A stretch of DNA of 64,000 bases from Octopus sinensis. Its lineage: Eukaryota. Shown piece by piece: positions 61,830 to 64,000 of the stretch. The stretch is from positions 54,746,001-54,810,000 of the forward strand of contig NC_043006.1 of NCBI RefSeq assembly GCF_006345805.1, read 5' to 3'. The translations under genes were made by a program, and so were the position numbers. Every line of letters starts with the position of its first letter. The first letter of the stretch is position 1. Under the pieces are notes generated by a model. The model saw nothing but the letters and a program-made list of their open reading frames with translations. It ran no database searches and was not told where the DNA came from.

Positions 61830-62300
61830 ATGGAGTAAAAGACAAGAAAAAAGCAACACCATGAGGATGTGATACATGTAAAGTATTAATAAGATGCTCA
61901 GAGAAGGAAAGAAAGAGTGGTAGCTTTATGTTTCGAATAAAGCTCTTCTTCAGAAACAGGAGACATAGGAAAGTCCAAAAGAAAAAGGAGAAAAAAAATT
62001 ACCAACAGTTCACCTGTAGTTACATTTTGGAATGACCAGAAGTAGATGGACAAAGAGGAAGTGCTTTCTGGGATAGGAGATTGTGAAGACCGGTTTGGTA
62101 TCCGTGTGTATGTGTGGGTGTGTACGCATGTGTGTGCAGTGGCGCGTGTGTGTGTGTGCATGGTAGTATGTGTGTGTTGCAGTAACTGAGTGTGTGTGTG
62201 TGCTTGCATGGTAACATGTGTGTATGTGATGGTAACTGTGTGTGGTATTAATTGTTTACATGTATTGATATGAGTGATTTGCGTGTGTCTGTTAATGTCA
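61830..62300 (-). mobile_element. Non-coding hammerhead-bearing element related to 16850-17150
   Basis: Shared segments around the motif and a CTAATAC/TTAATAC block downstream of it. Confidence 0.55.
61923..61957 (-). ncRNA. Minimal hammerhead motif, decayed
   Basis: Reverse complement GTTT-CTGAAGA-A-GAGC-TTT-ATTC-GAA-ACAT-A-AAGC; stem II is consistent with a decayed GAGC/GCTC. Confidence 0.55.
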
Positions 62301-62485
62301 CAGTGAGAGGGCGGCGGCTATGGTGACAGGTGTATGTATGGGTAGTTATATGTTTTTCATATGTGTGTAGATGGGATGGTCAGTAGAAGGGTGTTTGAGA
62401 GGCAGTCTGAAGAGTATGTGAATGGGTGGGTGTGGATGTGTGTGTATGTTGGCATGTGTACATTGAGTGGGAATGTGTGTATATA

Positions 62486-62718
62486 CAGGCTTGGCCAAAA
62501 GTCACCTGGAAGTAAATCAAAACCATTTAATTCCAAGATTTGCTTATGTTTAACAACTGAATGAATTTAATAAAAGCACCTAACTATGAAACCTCATGAA
62601 AATTGTTCAAACTGAAGTCCTTCTCAAGCAACACATTTCCCCATTCAAGTCAACACAGAATTACTGATAGTATTTATGGAATTTTGATTTACTGTTGGGT
62701 GACTTATGGCCAACCCTG
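62486..62718. mobile_element. Tc1/mariner MITE
   Basis: TIRs CAGGCTTGGCCAAAAGTCACC vs reverse complement CAGGGTTGGCCATAAGTCACC; TA on both flanks. Confidence 0.85.
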
Positions 62719-63625
62719 TATGTATGGCTATGAGATGTTTTAGCCTTACTGTTTGATGCTGACTTATTTGACATCAGATGTTTTGCTGTTTCTCTCATTC
62801 ACACACACACACACACACACACACTTTTTGTCTCTATCCCTGTCTGTCTGTCTGTCTCTATTTCTGTATGTATGTGTGTGTTTGCTTCCAGTGCCAAAAA
62901 GTGCTGTCCTCAAAACAGACTGAATGCCCAGTCATCCATGCTGAATAATTTACTTCTAAACAGCTGTGCCCAGTTGTCTCAATGCTTAGGTGTATTTGTG
63001 TATATATATATATATATATCATTATGCTTTGTTATCAATGTGTTATGTCTAAGTCAGAGCAGTAGATGCCAGATGTTTTATCATTATCATTCATACAATC
63101 ACTCATTTATCTACTCCACTGTGCCAGCAGTTAAGCTGTTAGCTTAGGAGTACATGAGCACACTTCTGTGTGTATATGTGTGCGTTGTGTGCATGTGTAA
63201 ATGTGTGTGTGTGTGTGTGTGTGTGTGTGTTGTGTGTGTGTGTGTGTGTATACACTTCTCTGTTGGAACCGTTTCATTTGCAGACACTGTTGCTATTTGA
63301 AAAGGCATGACTGGCAGAACACAACTTCACAGCTCTTTTAAAAAACACCAAATGTTATGCCAATATAAAGACCATCATCATCATCACCATCATTATCATT
63401 ATCATTATAATCAAACCCCCCCAACATTCACTATCAACATCATCATCATCATTATAATTATCATCACCATCATCATTATTATGTAGTACTGCTTACCGTG
63501 GCAAAAGTACAATGTAGAAATTTGAATTGAAATCATTCTATCACTTTCCTACAGCTATTCTGATATGATCTGGTATATTTAGTAGATTAGTAGGATTAAA
63601 TGTTCTGCAGAAAAGATGTAGAATA

Positions 63626-63849
63626 GGGTGGCAGGCTGGCAGAAATGTTAGCATGCTGGGTGAAATGCTTAGCAGTATTTTGTCTGTCTTTACGTTCTGA
63701 GTTCAAATTCTATCGAGGTCGACGTTGCCTTTCATCCTTTTGGGGTTGATAAATAAAGTACCAGTTATGCACCAGGGTCGATGTAATCGACTTAATTCCT
63801 TTGTTTGTCCCCTCTATGTTTAGCCCCTTGTGGGCAATAAAGAAATAAG
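63626..63849 (+). mobile_element. Family-B tRNA SINE with an alternative tail
   Basis: 15-bp TSD AAAAGATGTAGAATA / AAAAGATGCAGAATA at 63611-63625 and 63850-63864. Confidence 0.85.
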
Positions 63850-64000
63850 AAAAGATGCAGAATATGTGTTGGTGATTCCTGAATATATTTTACTGTCATA
63901 GTCATTTGCCATTGATTCAAAAACTGCATCTTGTTTTACATGGTAGGAAATTTTTCTCCTTTATTAATCATGGTCTTATGGTGTGTAGCTTCTTAGTAAC

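Overview
Repeat-dense, AT-rich eukaryotic DNA, most likely from an octopus. The species assignment is inference from recognised tRNA-SINE families and the density of (TATG)n/(CAT)n/(AAT)n microsatellites. The only host gene I can support is an ANKRD29-like ankyrin-repeat gene on the + strand, seen as two phase-0 coding exons (31639-31749 and 53397-53495) separated by a 21,647-nt intron; its start exon and downstream exons were not found. Most ORFs in the supplied track are microsatellite or repeat artefacts; a few are transposon remnants. The rest is a layered archive of mobile DNA: several SINE families, mariner, maT, pogo and hAT MITEs, a complete non-autonomous Helitron, a Mutator-like foldback element with telomere-like repeats, and RTE and R4/Dong LINE fragments. 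The most striking signal is a set of six minimal type-I hammerhead-ribozyme motifs (14390, 15109, 17009, 34960, 58791, 61923), all with a CUGANGA-type box plus an extra A and a near-palindromic stem III, in Penelope-like element ends. At 14301-14737 the hammerhead lies downstream of a GIY-YIG-like ORF tail and a 73-nt tRNA-like Pol III cassette. All structures were read by eye; no folding, alignment or database search was run.
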